From Kiritimatiellia bacterium (GTDB lineage: Bacteria; Verrucomicrobiota; Kiritimatiellia; RFP12; JAAYLN01), in the NCBI GenBank assembly GCA_017962605.1, contig JAGCUY010000007.1, positions 752-64,751 on the forward strand: a stretch of DNA of 64,000 nt. The letters run 5' to 3'. The notes under the pieces were generated by a model. It did not search any database, was not told where the DNA came from, and worked only from the letters and a program-made list of their open reading frames with translations. A program made the position numbers and the translations under genes. The number at the start of each line of letters is the position of its first letter. The stretch's first letter is position 1. This document shows, piece by piece, positions 1 to 9,157 of this stretch.

Positions 1-1
1 C

Positions 2-1579
2 GAGGGCGAGGCGATACGGAAGACCATCGAGCGCATCTTCTCGTCAGGCTACCCCGAGGAGAAACTGGAGGTGGTCTGCGTCAACGACGGTTCTAAAGAC
101 GACTCCCTTGTCCACATGCTAGCCGCGCAGACGCGCCACCCGCATCTGGTGGTCGTCAACTTTGAGAAGAACCGCGGGCTATGCCACGGCTGGGGCGTGG
201 GGACCTTCCTCGCGCGCGGCGAGTTCATGGTATGCGTCGATTCCGACACCTTCGTCTTCCCCGGCTCGCTGCACAAGCTCATGCAGGGCTTCGTGGACCC
301 GTCCGTCGGCGGCATTTCAGGGCACTGCGACATCGAGAACGCCGACGTCAACACTCTGACGCGCCTCCAGGATGTCCGCTACTATTTCTCCTACAAGATC
401 ATGAAGGCGGCGGAAAGCGTCTTCGGCGTGGTGAGCTGCCTTCCCGGATGCTTCTCTGCATACAGGCGCACTTGCGTGTTGGCCGTAATGGACAAGTGGA
501 TCAACGCCACGGTCTTTGGCGAGCACGGCAACTTCGCCGACGACCGCTCCCTCACAAACCAGATCCTCCGCGACTATCGGATCATCTACGACGACGAGGC
601 GCTGGCGACGACGATTTGCCCGGAAAACTGGCGGCAGTACATCCGCCAGCAGGCACGCTGGGAGCGCTCCTACCTGCGCGAAATCTGGAAGACCGGCAAG
701 TTCATCTGGCGCAAGCACCCCGTTCCGGCCCTCTCGTGGTATGCCATGATGTGGATGCCTATCATAGAGCCGTTCGTGATGCTCGAGGCCCTCGTCATCC
801 TTCCCGTCCAGGCATTCTTGAAGGCCCCGGATCAATACTCGTCCAACCTCGCCGCATGGACGGCGGGCAAGATGAAGGCCATGACGGCAGGCTTGGACGT
901 GTCGGCGGGCTTCATGGGAAGCGTCGCCTCGAAACTGGGATACTCCCTGATCAAGGCGATTGTCGCACCGGAGTCGCTTTTGGCGCTTGCCCTCGTATTC
1001 GCCACCCTCCACTTTTTCCGCCGCGAAACGGAAAACCCCTCGCGTTCGCGTCTGCCCGGCGTCATTCTCTCCGGGGTGTCCCTGGCCTTCTTCGCCGTCC
1101 AGGCGCTGCCGCTTCTCCAAGACATACCCCTTCTTGCCGCCACGGTAAGCGCCGACTATCTCAAGGGCGTCGTCGGCTCTTCCGCGAGCCTGGCGGTGGC
1201 CGGCATGGTGATTCTCGGCGCGGCCTTCTTCCTTGAATGCACGCATGGCGTGAGGCGCTGGGGAGGGTGGGGCTTCGTTCTGCTGTTCCTGCTCTACCTG
1301 CTGTGGAAGACGGCGGCCGTCATGCCGCCGAACATGGAGCCGGGCAACATCTCCATGCCGATCTTCTACCTCTCCGAGGCGCTTCTCGTCCCGCGCACCT
1401 TCCTTATCGGCGTAATGGCCATCACCGCAGTGTGGTCGCTTCACTTCCTGGCCACGACGGGGCGCCGCTGGTGGAAGGCGGGCTTCGCCTTCACGATGTC
1501 ATACATCCTCTTCTTCAGCTGGCAAATCTACTGGGCGATGTACACCATCCGCGGCAAGGCATGGGGAACACGAGGGTAG
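2..1579 (+). CDS. Family-2 processive glycosyltransferase (PgaC/hyaluronan-synthase/cellulose-synthase-like exopolysaccharide synthase), 5'-partial
   Basis: The frame is open from the window edge and continuous with the 71..1579 ORF. Motifs seen: 'CVNDGSKDDS', DxD-like 'VDSDT', and the QxxRW signature 'QQARWERS' of processive GT2 synthases. Multiple C-terminal hydrophobic segments are present. Confidence 0.8.
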   Translation, partial: EGEAIRKTIERIFSSGYPEEKLEVVCVNDGSKDDSLVHMLAAQTRHPHLVVVNFEKNRGLCHGWGVGTFLARGEFMVCVDSDTFVFPGSLHKLMQGFVDPSVGGISGHCDIENADVNTLTRLQDVRYYFSYKIMKAAESVFGVVSCLPGCFSAYRRTCVLAVMDKWINATVFGEHGNFADDRSLTNQILRDYRIIYDDEALATTICPENWRQYIRQQARWERSYLREIWKTGKFIWRKHPVPALSWYAMMWMPIIEPFVMLEALVILPVQAFLKAPDQYSSNLAAWTAGKMKAMTAGLDVSAGFMGSVASKLGYSLIKAIVAPESLLALALVFATLHFFRRETENPSRSRLPGVILSGVSLAFFAVQALPLLQDIPLLAATVSADYLKGVVGSSASLAVAGMVILGAAFFLECTHGVRRWGGWGFVLLFLLYLLWKTAAVMPPNMEPGNISMPIFYLSEALLVPRTFLIGVMAITAVWSLHFLATTGRRWWKAGFAFTMSYILFFSWQIYWAMYTIRGKAWGTRG

Positions 1580-1600
1580 GACGAGTTTAGCAAATCAGCC

Positions 1601-4600
1601 ATGGACAACAAGAACGACAATCCCGACCGGCAGGGGGCGCCGCAGGAAAACGACGCCTTCAACAAGAACTCCACCTGGGCGCGCCCAATGGCGATGGCCC
1701 GCGACACCAACGTCGCCGCATGGTTCGCGCTTGCTGGTGTGATACTTCTCGTCGTCGCCCTGTGGGCCCCCATCTCCCGCGCCTACTGGAACGTCCGCAA
1801 CGCCAGCGCGAACAAGGAGAAGGACGTTCCGCGCACCGAAAAATGCTTCCTGGCGATCGCCTACGAGGGCGTGTCGCATCTGCCGGACCCATCTGGCAGG
1901 TTCATCTCCGCCGATGCCTTCCGGACGCACATCCAGGCGCTACGCGACGCCGGCTACCACCCAATCGGCCTTGAGGACGTCCGCGCCTTCTTCTACGAAA
2001 ACAAGCTCCTCCCGCCGAAGGCCATCCTCCTCACCTTCGACAATGCCCGCAAGAGCACCTACTTCGAAAGCCGCGAAATCATCGACGAGCTGGGCTGGCA
2101 CGCCGTCATGGGCGTCGTTACCAAGAAGGTCGGCACCAAGGACACCGACGTCATCCTCACCCCCTACCTCAAGGGCATGGTGCTTGACAGTCGCTGGGAT
2201 CTGGCGTGCGAATCCAACCAGGGGCTGGACTTCGTAACAGTCAGCCCGCAGGGGCGCAAGGCGCCGTATCTGTCCGCCCCGCTCTGGCTTGCCGGCGAGA
2301 AGCGATACGAGCGCACCGACGAGTTCAAGGCCCGTATCGAGGAGGACCACCAGTCCGCACTTGAAATCTTCGACTCCAAGCTTGGAACCAAGCCAATCGC
2401 CTTCTTCTTCCCCCTCGGGAACTACGGGCAGTTCGAGCAGTCGAACCGCCTCCTGCGCGACGCCAACCTCAACGCCGTGGCCAGCCACTACCCGCTCGGC
2501 TTCGCCCTCAACAACCAGGCCCTCAACGAGGCCTCGACAGACCGCCGCCGCATCAACCGGGCGCTCATCCCGGCGAACATGACCGCCAAGACACTCCTCG
2601 CCACGCTCGATAGCGCATGGCCCTTCGACTCCAACGGCGAGACCGGCTCCAAGCCGATCGACGTGATACGCTGGGTCGCCGACTGGGGCATCATCGAGAA
2701 GGAGTCGGAGTCCTTCACCCTCCGCGCCATGACGGCGGAGGACCAGCGCTTCTCCGACGCAGGGGCGACCATCGGCGGCCGCGCCTGGCTGTCCGGCAGC
2801 AGCCAGTTCTCCGACGGGACCTTTGAAACCCTCTTCGAGCTTGTGCGCGGGGAATTCCACGTCTATCTGCGCTATCGCTCCGAAGACGAATGGGTCAAGG
2901 TCGCATTGACGGAGGGTGGCCGCGCCACTGTCGGCCAATGCCGGTTCGGCGGAGAGCCCGAAATCGTCGCATCCGATGCCATCCGGTCCGACATCGACTT
3001 CCGCACCGTGCACAACCTCTTCATCACCATGCGCGAAAACCTCGTTTACGTCCGCCTCGACGGCGCGCTCCTCTTCAAAGGGCCGGTGCTGCTCCCAACC
3101 GCCAACGAAGGGCCGGCCGCGCCCGGCCTGATAGGCATCAGCGTGCAGGGACCGGATCCCGGCCTCGCGCAGAGCCGCGTCCGCGAATGTCATGTCAGGC
3201 CGCGCGTCAACGGCGTCATCACCTGGCCGGCATCCCTCAACAGGGAACCATCCTACCTGGTGTCGCAGCTCAACGAGTCCGTCTTCCGCTACACGGTCAT
3301 TTCGCCGCCGTGGCTGGACGTCAACCCCTCAGCGCCGCTCGCGTTCCCGTCGATTGACGCCGCCGCGATGCGCGTCGTCGCCACGGCGAACCGCGCGCGG
3401 GTGTTCCCGTTGATCACGCTCCACGCCCAGGCCCCGCTGCCGGGCATTGAAAGGTCCAGGCTGGCGAACCAGCTTGTCGATGAGGGCGCCGACGGCGTGT
3501 TCATCGACGCCAGCGACTTCCCGGTTGACCGCATCTCGCAGTTCAAGGCATGGCTCGACGAGTTGGACAATCTCCTCTCCGTCCGCAAGCTCGGCCTCGC
3601 CGTGAAATTCCCCTCGTCGGTTTCCCACCTCGCCTCGCTGTCGTCGTCCCTTGGACTGGACTCCAACCACCTTCTCGTGGTCGATGACGCCACCGTCCCT
3701 TCTGGAATCGACGCCAACAACACCCTAACGCGCATCGTCATCCCGCCGCCGGCGGACGAGGACGACATCGCCATCGTCTTCCAGCTCTCCGACTACGAGA
3801 ACGTGGCCGAGGACGAGCTTCCCGAAATCGACATGCTTCGCAGCAAGGGCTTCAAGGCCTATGTAGCAGGCGACTACCATGGTGCGACGAACTTCTTCAC
3901 GCGCTGGCGCTCCCTCGAACCCTCCAACTCCGAGGCGTGGGCCATGCTCGGTAACGCCCTCGCCCGCATACCCGACCCGAAAGGCGCCATCGCCGCCTAC
4001 AATGTCGCCCTGCGCCTCAATCCCGGCCAGGTTGACCTCATGGTCGAGTGCGCCCGCCTTCTGGAGTTCAACGACCAGCCCGAAAAGGCCGCCGAGCTGC
4101 TGGACACCTACGCCCGCGCCTTCCCTGAAGACGCCAAGATCGCGATTGCCCAGGCGAACTGGCTTGAGCGCCACGGCAAGCGCAGCGCCGGGCGCGAGAT
4201 CCTCACCAGCCTCATCGCCCGCCACGACAACGACATCCTGAGCCGCCTCGCCCTGCACAACCTGCTCGAAGCCCCCGCCGACAGATACATGAACATGCAC
4301 GCGCTCCTGAAAATCGGCTCCAGCGGCGGCCCATCGCGCCTGCTTGGCTTTGGCCACGACATCGCCGAGTCGGAAATCCTCACCATGCCGGAGTCGAGCG
4401 TATTCTTCGACTTCATCCGCGACACCGCCTCCTCTGGCGACACCGAGGCCCTGCGCACCCTCTATTCCGAGTTCCTGCCCCCGCTCACGCCGATAACGGA
4501 ACGCTTCGATACAGCCGATCTCTCCGACCACTGGACGGCGCGGGGCACGCCGCGCGCCGCCACCGCCGGCACATACGACATCCAGGCCGCTGCCGACATG

Positions 4601-5764
4601 GCCGAGGCATCCCTGCGCCTCAATCAGTCGGAACTCTTCCGCGACGGCTACATGGAGGTGCATCTCGGCGAGTCCGTAGGCGCCTTCTGGATCTACGCCC
4701 GGCGCTCCGGCCGCGCCATGATCCGCTTCGGCTTCAACGACGACGGCTACATCCGCATCCAGTCGTGGAAGAACGGCGAGATACGCACCGGCGACAGCGC
4801 CTCGTGGATCCGCCCGTCGGGCGACATCGTCCTGCGACTGGAAATCCGCGGCGACGGCGCCATGGGATACGTGGACGGGCATCCGATGTTCCACGCCCCG
4901 CTCATGATCCCGCACGACATCGCCTACGGCTGGTGGAGCGTCGCGCCCTATTCCTCGGACCTCGGCAGCGCCCGCGCCCGCATCAGCCTGATTTCGGCCG
5001 GCCCGCAAAACCCCGCCCTCGTCCTCATGCGCGAATACAAGCCGGAAAAAATCGTCGATGCCCTCGACTCCCTCCGCGCGAAGACGCGCTACATCTCTGC
5101 GCTGGCGCCGGTGATGTTCGAGCAGGCCCCGGATGGGACAGTCCTCTCCACGCCGCTTGCAGACTTCATGCCCTTCCGCATGTTCTGCTCCTACCACCGC
5201 ATACGCCTGATGCCGGCCGTGGCGCTTGACTACTATTCCGACGTCAACTCCGAAACGCTCGTCAAGATCATCCAGGAGCACAACCTGTCCGGCCTCGTCC
5301 TTCTTGTGAGGACCATGCCTGATGAGAAGTGGTACAAGAAGACGACGAGCCTCCTCGAGAACACGTCGGCGAACCTCGTCATCGTGCAGCGCGAGTTCCC
5401 GGTATTCTCTGAAGAACCGCCCAAGCCGGGCGAGGAAGTCGCGACCATCCGCGAAATCCAGCGCGGCTCCACCCTCTTCCAGCCCAACGAGCTCTCGTGG
5501 GGCCTGGCCATCCAGAGTTTCGACGAGTGGTATCCCGCAACGGCGATTCCGTCGGCGTCGCCGCAGGTCGTCCTGCTAGGCGGCCCCAAGGCCCGCGCCG
5601 TTGAGGAGGAACCCGTTTCCGCGCCGGAGGAAAGCCCGGCGAAGCCGGAGGAAGAACCCGCCCCCGCGCCGGAGGAAAGTCCGACGGAGCCGGAAAAGCA
5701 AGAAGACGCCAATCCTCCGGCACCCCGGGATGGTTCCGAGGAAACTGACGAAGACAACGCCTAG
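1601..5764 (+). CDS. Large membrane-anchored multidomain exopolysaccharide-modifying protein (CE4 deacetylase-like + TIM-barrel hydrolase-like + TPR repeats + acidic Pro/Glu-rich tail); PgaB/PgaA-like
   Basis: ATG start; N-terminal cytoplasmic stretch followed by one TM ('VAAWFALAGVILLVVALWAPI'). NodB-like motif 'ILLTFDNARKSTYF'. TPR-like helices ('SNSEAWAMLGNALARIPDPKGAIAAYNVALRLNPGQVDL...'). C-terminal repeats 'PEESPAKPEEEPAPAPEESPTEPE'. It lies directly downstream of the GT2 synthase. Confidence 0.6.
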   Translation: MDNKNDNPDRQGAPQENDAFNKNSTWARPMAMARDTNVAAWFALAGVILLVVALWAPISRAYWNVRNASANKEKDVPRTEKCFLAIAYEGVSHLPDPSGRFISADAFRTHIQALRDAGYHPIGLEDVRAFFYENKLLPPKAILLTFDNARKSTYFESREIIDELGWHAVMGVVTKKVGTKDTDVILTPYLKGMVLDSRWDLACESNQGLDFVTVSPQGRKAPYLSAPLWLAGEKRYERTDEFKARIEEDHQSALEIFDSKLGTKPIAFFFPLGNYGQFEQSNRLLRDANLNAVASHYPLGFALNNQALNEASTDRRRINRALIPANMTAKTLLATLDSAWPFDSNGETGSKPIDVIRWVADWGIIEKESESFTLRAMTAEDQRFSDAGATIGGRAWLSGSSQFSDGTFETLFELVRGEFHVYLRYRSEDEWVKVALTEGGRATVGQCRFGGEPEIVASDAIRSDIDFRTVHNLFITMRENLVYVRLDGALLFKGPVLLPTANEGPAAPGLIGISVQGPDPGLAQSRVRECHVRPRVNGVITWPASLNREPSYLVSQLNESVFRYTVISPPWLDVNPSAPLAFPSIDAAAMRVVATANRARVFPLITLHAQAPLPGIERSRLANQLVDEGADGVFIDASDFPVDRISQFKAWLDELDNLLSVRKLGLAVKFPSSVSHLASLSSSLGLDSNHLLVVDDATVPSGIDANNTLTRIVIPPPADEDDIAIVFQLSDYENVAEDELPEIDMLRSKGFKAYVAGDYHGATNFFTRWRSLEPSNSEAWAMLGNALARIPDPKGAIAAYNVALRLNPGQVDLMVECARLLEFNDQPEKAAELLDTYARAFPEDAKIAIAQANWLERHGKRSAGREILTSLIARHDNDILSRLALHNLLEAPADRYMNMHALLKIGSSGGPSRLLGFGHDIAESEILTMPESSVFFDFIRDTASSGDTEALRTLYSEFLPPLTPITERFDTADLSDHWTARGTPRAATAGTYDIQAAADMAEASLRLNQSELFRDGYMEVHLGESVGAFWIYARRSGRAMIRFGFNDDGYIRIQSWKNGEIRTGDSASWIRPSGDIVLRLEIRGDGAMGYVDGHPMFHAPLMIPHDIAYGWWSVAPYSSDLGSARARISLISAGPQNPALVLMREYKPEKIVDALDSLRAKTRYISALAPVMFEQAPDGTVLSTPLADFMPFRMFCSYHRIRLMPAVALDYYSDVNSETLVKIIQEHNLSGLVLLVRTMPDEKWYKKTTSLLENTSANLVIVQREFPVFSEEPPKPGEEVATIREIQRGSTLFQPNELSWGLAIQSFDEWYPATAIPSASPQVVLLGGPKARAVEEEPVSAPEESPAKPEEEPAPAPEESPTEPEKQEDANPPAPRDGSEETDEDNA

Positions 5765-6963
5765 TTCTGCCCGGCGCGCTCGCGGCGCCATTCGCCGGGA
5801 GAAACGCCAAGGCGCTTCTTGATGAGGTGCGAAAGATAAGGGCCGGAGGAGAAGCCGCATTCTTCGGCGATGGCGCGGATTGAGAGCGGCGTCGTGGCCA
5901 GCAGGGAGCGGACGCGCTCCATCCGCGTATCCTCTATTTGCTGGCGTATAGTCTTGCCCGTGGAGCCGAAGAGGCGTTCTGCCTGACGGCGCCCCGTTCC
6001 CATTGCGGCGGCGACGTCGCGCACCCCCAGCAGCGGGTCGGAATGGTGGTCGGCGATGAAGTCCAGCCCCGCCGCGATGCGCGGGTCGGTTTCCGCCGCG
6101 CCGCCACGCGTGCTGCCACGCCGCGAGATGCCGACGACGCCGAAGCGGACGATTGTCGGCCGTGCGGGCCGCGTGGACTTCCGTCTCGCCATCAGCGCCG
6201 CAAGCCGCTCCACGGCCATTCGCCCCGCGCCCTCGAAGTCCAGGCGGATGCTGGAAAGGGCTGGCGTGGTGGAGAGGCAGAGGGTTCCGTCGTCGTCGGT
6301 CCCCAGGATCGCGGCGTCGCGGGGGACGTCCAGCCCCGCGCTCCGGCAGGCACCGAGCGTGAACTTGGCGAGGAGGTCGTTCCCGGCGAAGATGGCCATC
6401 GGGCGCGGCAGCGACGAAAGCCATCCCCCAAGCGCGTCGCGCTCCTTCGCCCAGCCCCATTCGGTTTGCGGCTCGTAGAGGAAGGCCTCGCGGCCGGCCG
6501 CGAGGATTCTGGCGATAAATGGCTTTGCGCGGTAGTCGGTCCATGTGCGCGGCCTAAGCGCTGGGACGAAGACATGGCATTGCCGCCCGAGGGCCAGCAG
6601 TTCGTCGGCCGCGGCCACCGCCACCGCGTCGTGGTCGCATAGGACGATTCCGCGCGGCGAGTCCGCCGCCTTGCCAGATGGCGCGAAGTCGGTGTCCATC
6701 TGCACCAGCGGGGTGCCGGGGCGCATCATGGGGAGCACGCCCGACACCTTCGGCCCTCCGCGGACGAGCACGCCGTCGGCGGCGGCTATGAGGGGCGCGA
6801 CTGGCGAAAGGTCGAGGCCGGTCTGCGCCGGGTCGATTGTCTCAAGCGCCCAGCCCGCGCGCGTTGCGGCGCGTTCGATTCCGCGGAGTTCGGCGCGGCC
6901 GACCTCGGCGTTCGTCGAAACCACTGCCACGACAAGCCTTGTTTTTCCCTCGCCGCCTTCCAT
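5761..6963 (-). CDS. AraC-family transcriptional regulator with periplasmic-binding-protein-like sugar-sensing domain (XylR-like)
   Basis: The C-terminal AraC HTH is 'IRAIAEECGFSSGPYLSHLIKKRLGVSPGEWRR'. The N-terminal ~280 aa form a LacI/PBP-like fold. ATG start confirmed on the minus strand. It is divergent from the GH gene cluster. Confidence 0.75.
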   Translation of the reverse strand: MEGGEGKTRLVVAVVSTNAEVGRAELRGIERAATRAGWALETIDPAQTGLDLSPVAPLIAAADGVLVRGGPKVSGVLPMMRPGTPLVQMDTDFAPSGKAADSPRGIVLCDHDAVAVAAADELLALGRQCHVFVPALRPRTWTDYRAKPFIARILAAGREAFLYEPQTEWGWAKERDALGGWLSSLPRPMAIFAGNDLLAKFTLGACRSAGLDVPRDAAILGTDDDGTLCLSTTPALSSIRLDFEGAGRMAVERLAALMARRKSTRPARPTIVRFGVVGISRRGSTRGGAAETDPRIAAGLDFIADHHSDPLLGVRDVAAAMGTGRRQAERLFGSTGKTIRQQIEDTRMERVRSLLATTPLSIRAIAEECGFSSGPYLSHLIKKRLGVSPGEWRRERAGQN

Positions 6964-7150
6964 GAATGCTCTCCTATTGAAAATGATAGCCTTTTCCCCG
7001 CATCAAGTCAAATAAGAGGCCCCCTCCCCACTATCATCATTTGCGATTTCCATGTCGCAAAAACGCATAATAAAACATGTCGCAACATTCCGTATTTACA
7101 ATGAAAAGCCCTTTTGGGATAATTGATGCCGTCTTTTTCTGGAGTGCCAA

Positions 7151-9037
7151 ATGAATTCATCCGACAAAACCTCCCATGCGGCTCCCGCCGACGCGATGCT
7201 CGGCCCGGCGCTCCGCGACGTGCGCCTCGAAGGCTGGCTGGGCGCAAAGGTTGACCGCTTCATCGCGCGGCGTCTCGTCGATCCCGTCATGCGCGAGCAA
7301 GTCTTCGACGAGGCGCGGCAGGCGTTCGAGTTCCGCGACGACGACGAGGACCGCGTTGGCGGGCTCTGGCGCGGCGAGTTCTGGGGCAAGGAGATGATGT
7401 CCTCCGCCCGCGTCGCCGACTACCTCCAGAACCCGGAGTTCCTTTCCTTCGTCCGCGACGAGTGCCACCGCCTGATGAAGTGTCAGGACGCCGACGGCTA
7501 CCTCGGCAGCTACGCCGACAAGGACTTCATCAGCATCCGCGACCCCGCCGCATGCAAGGCGAAGTTCAACTGGTTCCCCAACTGGAACCTCTGGAACCGC
7601 AAGTACGCCATCTGGGGCTTCCTCATGGCCTACAAGGCGACCGGCGACAAGGCCATCCTCGCCTCCGCCGAGGCGCAGATGGACAACTGGATCGAAATCG
7701 TGCGCCGTTCGGGCGTGTCGCTCCTCGACGCCGGCAACCCGGCCATCAACGGCCTCGCGCCGATGTCGATCCTGAAGCCGCTCCTGATGCTCCACGAGGA
7801 GACGGGGAAAAAGGCCTATCTGGACTTCGCCTCGGAAATCGTCTCGCTCTGGGACCGCGACGACGGGCGCTGCCCGAACTTCCTCCGCAACGCCGCCTCC
7901 GGCAAGGCGCTCCACACCTGGTATCCCGAGCCGCAGTCGTGGGCGAAGGGATACGAGATGATGAGCTGCCTCGACGGCCTTCTCGAATACTGGCGCGTCA
8001 CGGGCGAGCGCCGCTGCCTCGACGCGGTCGTGCAAATCCGCGACCTCCTCGAACGCTACGAGACGAATCCCCTTGGCGGCATCGGCTTCGTGGACAAGTT
8101 CGCCTGCGCGGCCTCGCGCCCGAACGGCATCTCGGACATCTGCGACGCAATCCACTGGATGCGTCTCAACATAGATCTCTACCTCATCACCGGCGAGGAC
8201 CGCTACCTCGACCCCGTGGAGACATGCTGGTACAACAACTTCCTCGCCGGCGTTGACAGGGACGGCCTCTTCGGCGCCTTCGCCGTCCGCGCCTCGGGGC
8301 GGCACGAGCACAAGGTGGCGTGCGGCTACGCCTACAGCCACTGCTGCCTGAACAACGTCCCGCGCGCCTTCATGGACTTCGCCTCAACGGTCGTCACGCG
8401 CGACCGCGAAGGCGTCTTCCACGTGAACCAGTACCAGGACGCGACCGTGATGCTGGACGGTGTGACCTTCACAATCCGCGGCGGTTATCCCGTGGATGGC
8501 CGGGTGACGGTGGAGGTGTCGGACCCAAGCCGCAAGGTCGTCTTCCGCAAGCCCGCGTGGTGCCCGCGCCTCGACGTGGCGCGGAAGGACGGCGTTTACA
8601 CGCTTGCCTTCGACATGAACCCGCGCCTCATCCCCTCCGCGCAGGTCGCGAACCCGCAGGACGCCGCCACGCTGTCCGCCATGGAAAAGTGGGCGGAAGG
8701 CCGCCACGCCATCGCATGGCAGCCGGATGTGGCCAGGGACGTGCGCCGGCTATACCGCAGAACGCCAGCGCTCGCGCTCTGGAACGGCCCGCTGCTGCTG
8801 GCGAAGTCGCGCCGCCTCGGCATGACGGGCGAACAGCTTGAAGACGCCTCCTCCGTCATCGGCCAGGGCTACCGCCCCGTCCTCACGCGCATCGCCTCTG
8901 ACCGCGTCATGGCGGCATGGGAGGCGCGGCTCGTCAAGGACGGCGCGCCCGACGTCACGGCTAAAGTCTGCGACTACCAGTCCGCCGCAGACGCCCGCCT
9001 CGGCGAAGACTTCATCTGGTTCTCCATCTGGTTCTGA
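7151..9037 (+). CDS. GH127/GH146-family (DUF1680) six-hairpin glycoside hydrolase, putative beta-L-arabinofuranosidase-like
   Basis: 628 aa. The Cys-rich motif 'CGYAYSHCCLNNVPRAF' matches the Zn/catalytic Cys-Cys pair of GH127. The size is typical of DUF1680 proteins. Confidence 0.5.
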   Translation: MNSSDKTSHAAPADAMLGPALRDVRLEGWLGAKVDRFIARRLVDPVMREQVFDEARQAFEFRDDDEDRVGGLWRGEFWGKEMMSSARVADYLQNPEFLSFVRDECHRLMKCQDADGYLGSYADKDFISIRDPAACKAKFNWFPNWNLWNRKYAIWGFLMAYKATGDKAILASAEAQMDNWIEIVRRSGVSLLDAGNPAINGLAPMSILKPLLMLHEETGKKAYLDFASEIVSLWDRDDGRCPNFLRNAASGKALHTWYPEPQSWAKGYEMMSCLDGLLEYWRVTGERRCLDAVVQIRDLLERYETNPLGGIGFVDKFACAASRPNGISDICDAIHWMRLNIDLYLITGEDRYLDPVETCWYNNFLAGVDRDGLFGAFAVRASGRHEHKVACGYAYSHCCLNNVPRAFMDFASTVVTRDREGVFHVNQYQDATVMLDGVTFTIRGGYPVDGRVTVEVSDPSRKVVFRKPAWCPRLDVARKDGVYTLAFDMNPRLIPSAQVANPQDAATLSAMEKWAEGRHAIAWQPDVARDVRRLYRRTPALALWNGPLLLAKSRRLGMTGEQLEDASSVIGQGYRPVLTRIASDRVMAAWEARLVKDGAPDVTAKVCDYQSAADARLGEDFIWFSIWF

Positions 9038-9040
9038 CCA

Positions 9041-9150
9041 ACTACGCACTAACCACTACGCACTTTGAACTTTGAACTCTGCACTACGCCCTCTGCACTA
9101 CGCACTACGCACTTTTCAACCTTTCAACCTTTCAACTTCACTAGAACCCC
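9041..9150. repeat. Intergenic degenerate tandem repeats (ACTACGCAC)n followed by (TTTCAACC/TTTTCAAC)n
   Basis: Direct reading of 'actacgcactaaccactacgcactttgaactttgaactctgcactacgccctctgcactacgcactacgcacttttcaacctttcaacctttcaacttcac'. It belongs to the same family as repeats at 23663, 24901 and 62585. Confidence 0.8.
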
Positions 9151-9157
9151 AACAAGA

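Noticed and set aside
317-1444. Long minus-strand ORFs overlapping + strand genes (e.g. 317..1444, 1940..3193, 3725..5281, 5576..6544, 7157..8341, 9788..11233, 10336..11433, 12078..13493, 20106..21674, 43587..44786, 51784..52917, 59691..60476, 62962..63969)
   Set aside because: They are Arg/Ala/Gly/Pro-rich, low-complexity translations antisense to well-supported genes in >60% G+C DNA. These are typical shadow ORFs with no motifs and no RBS.
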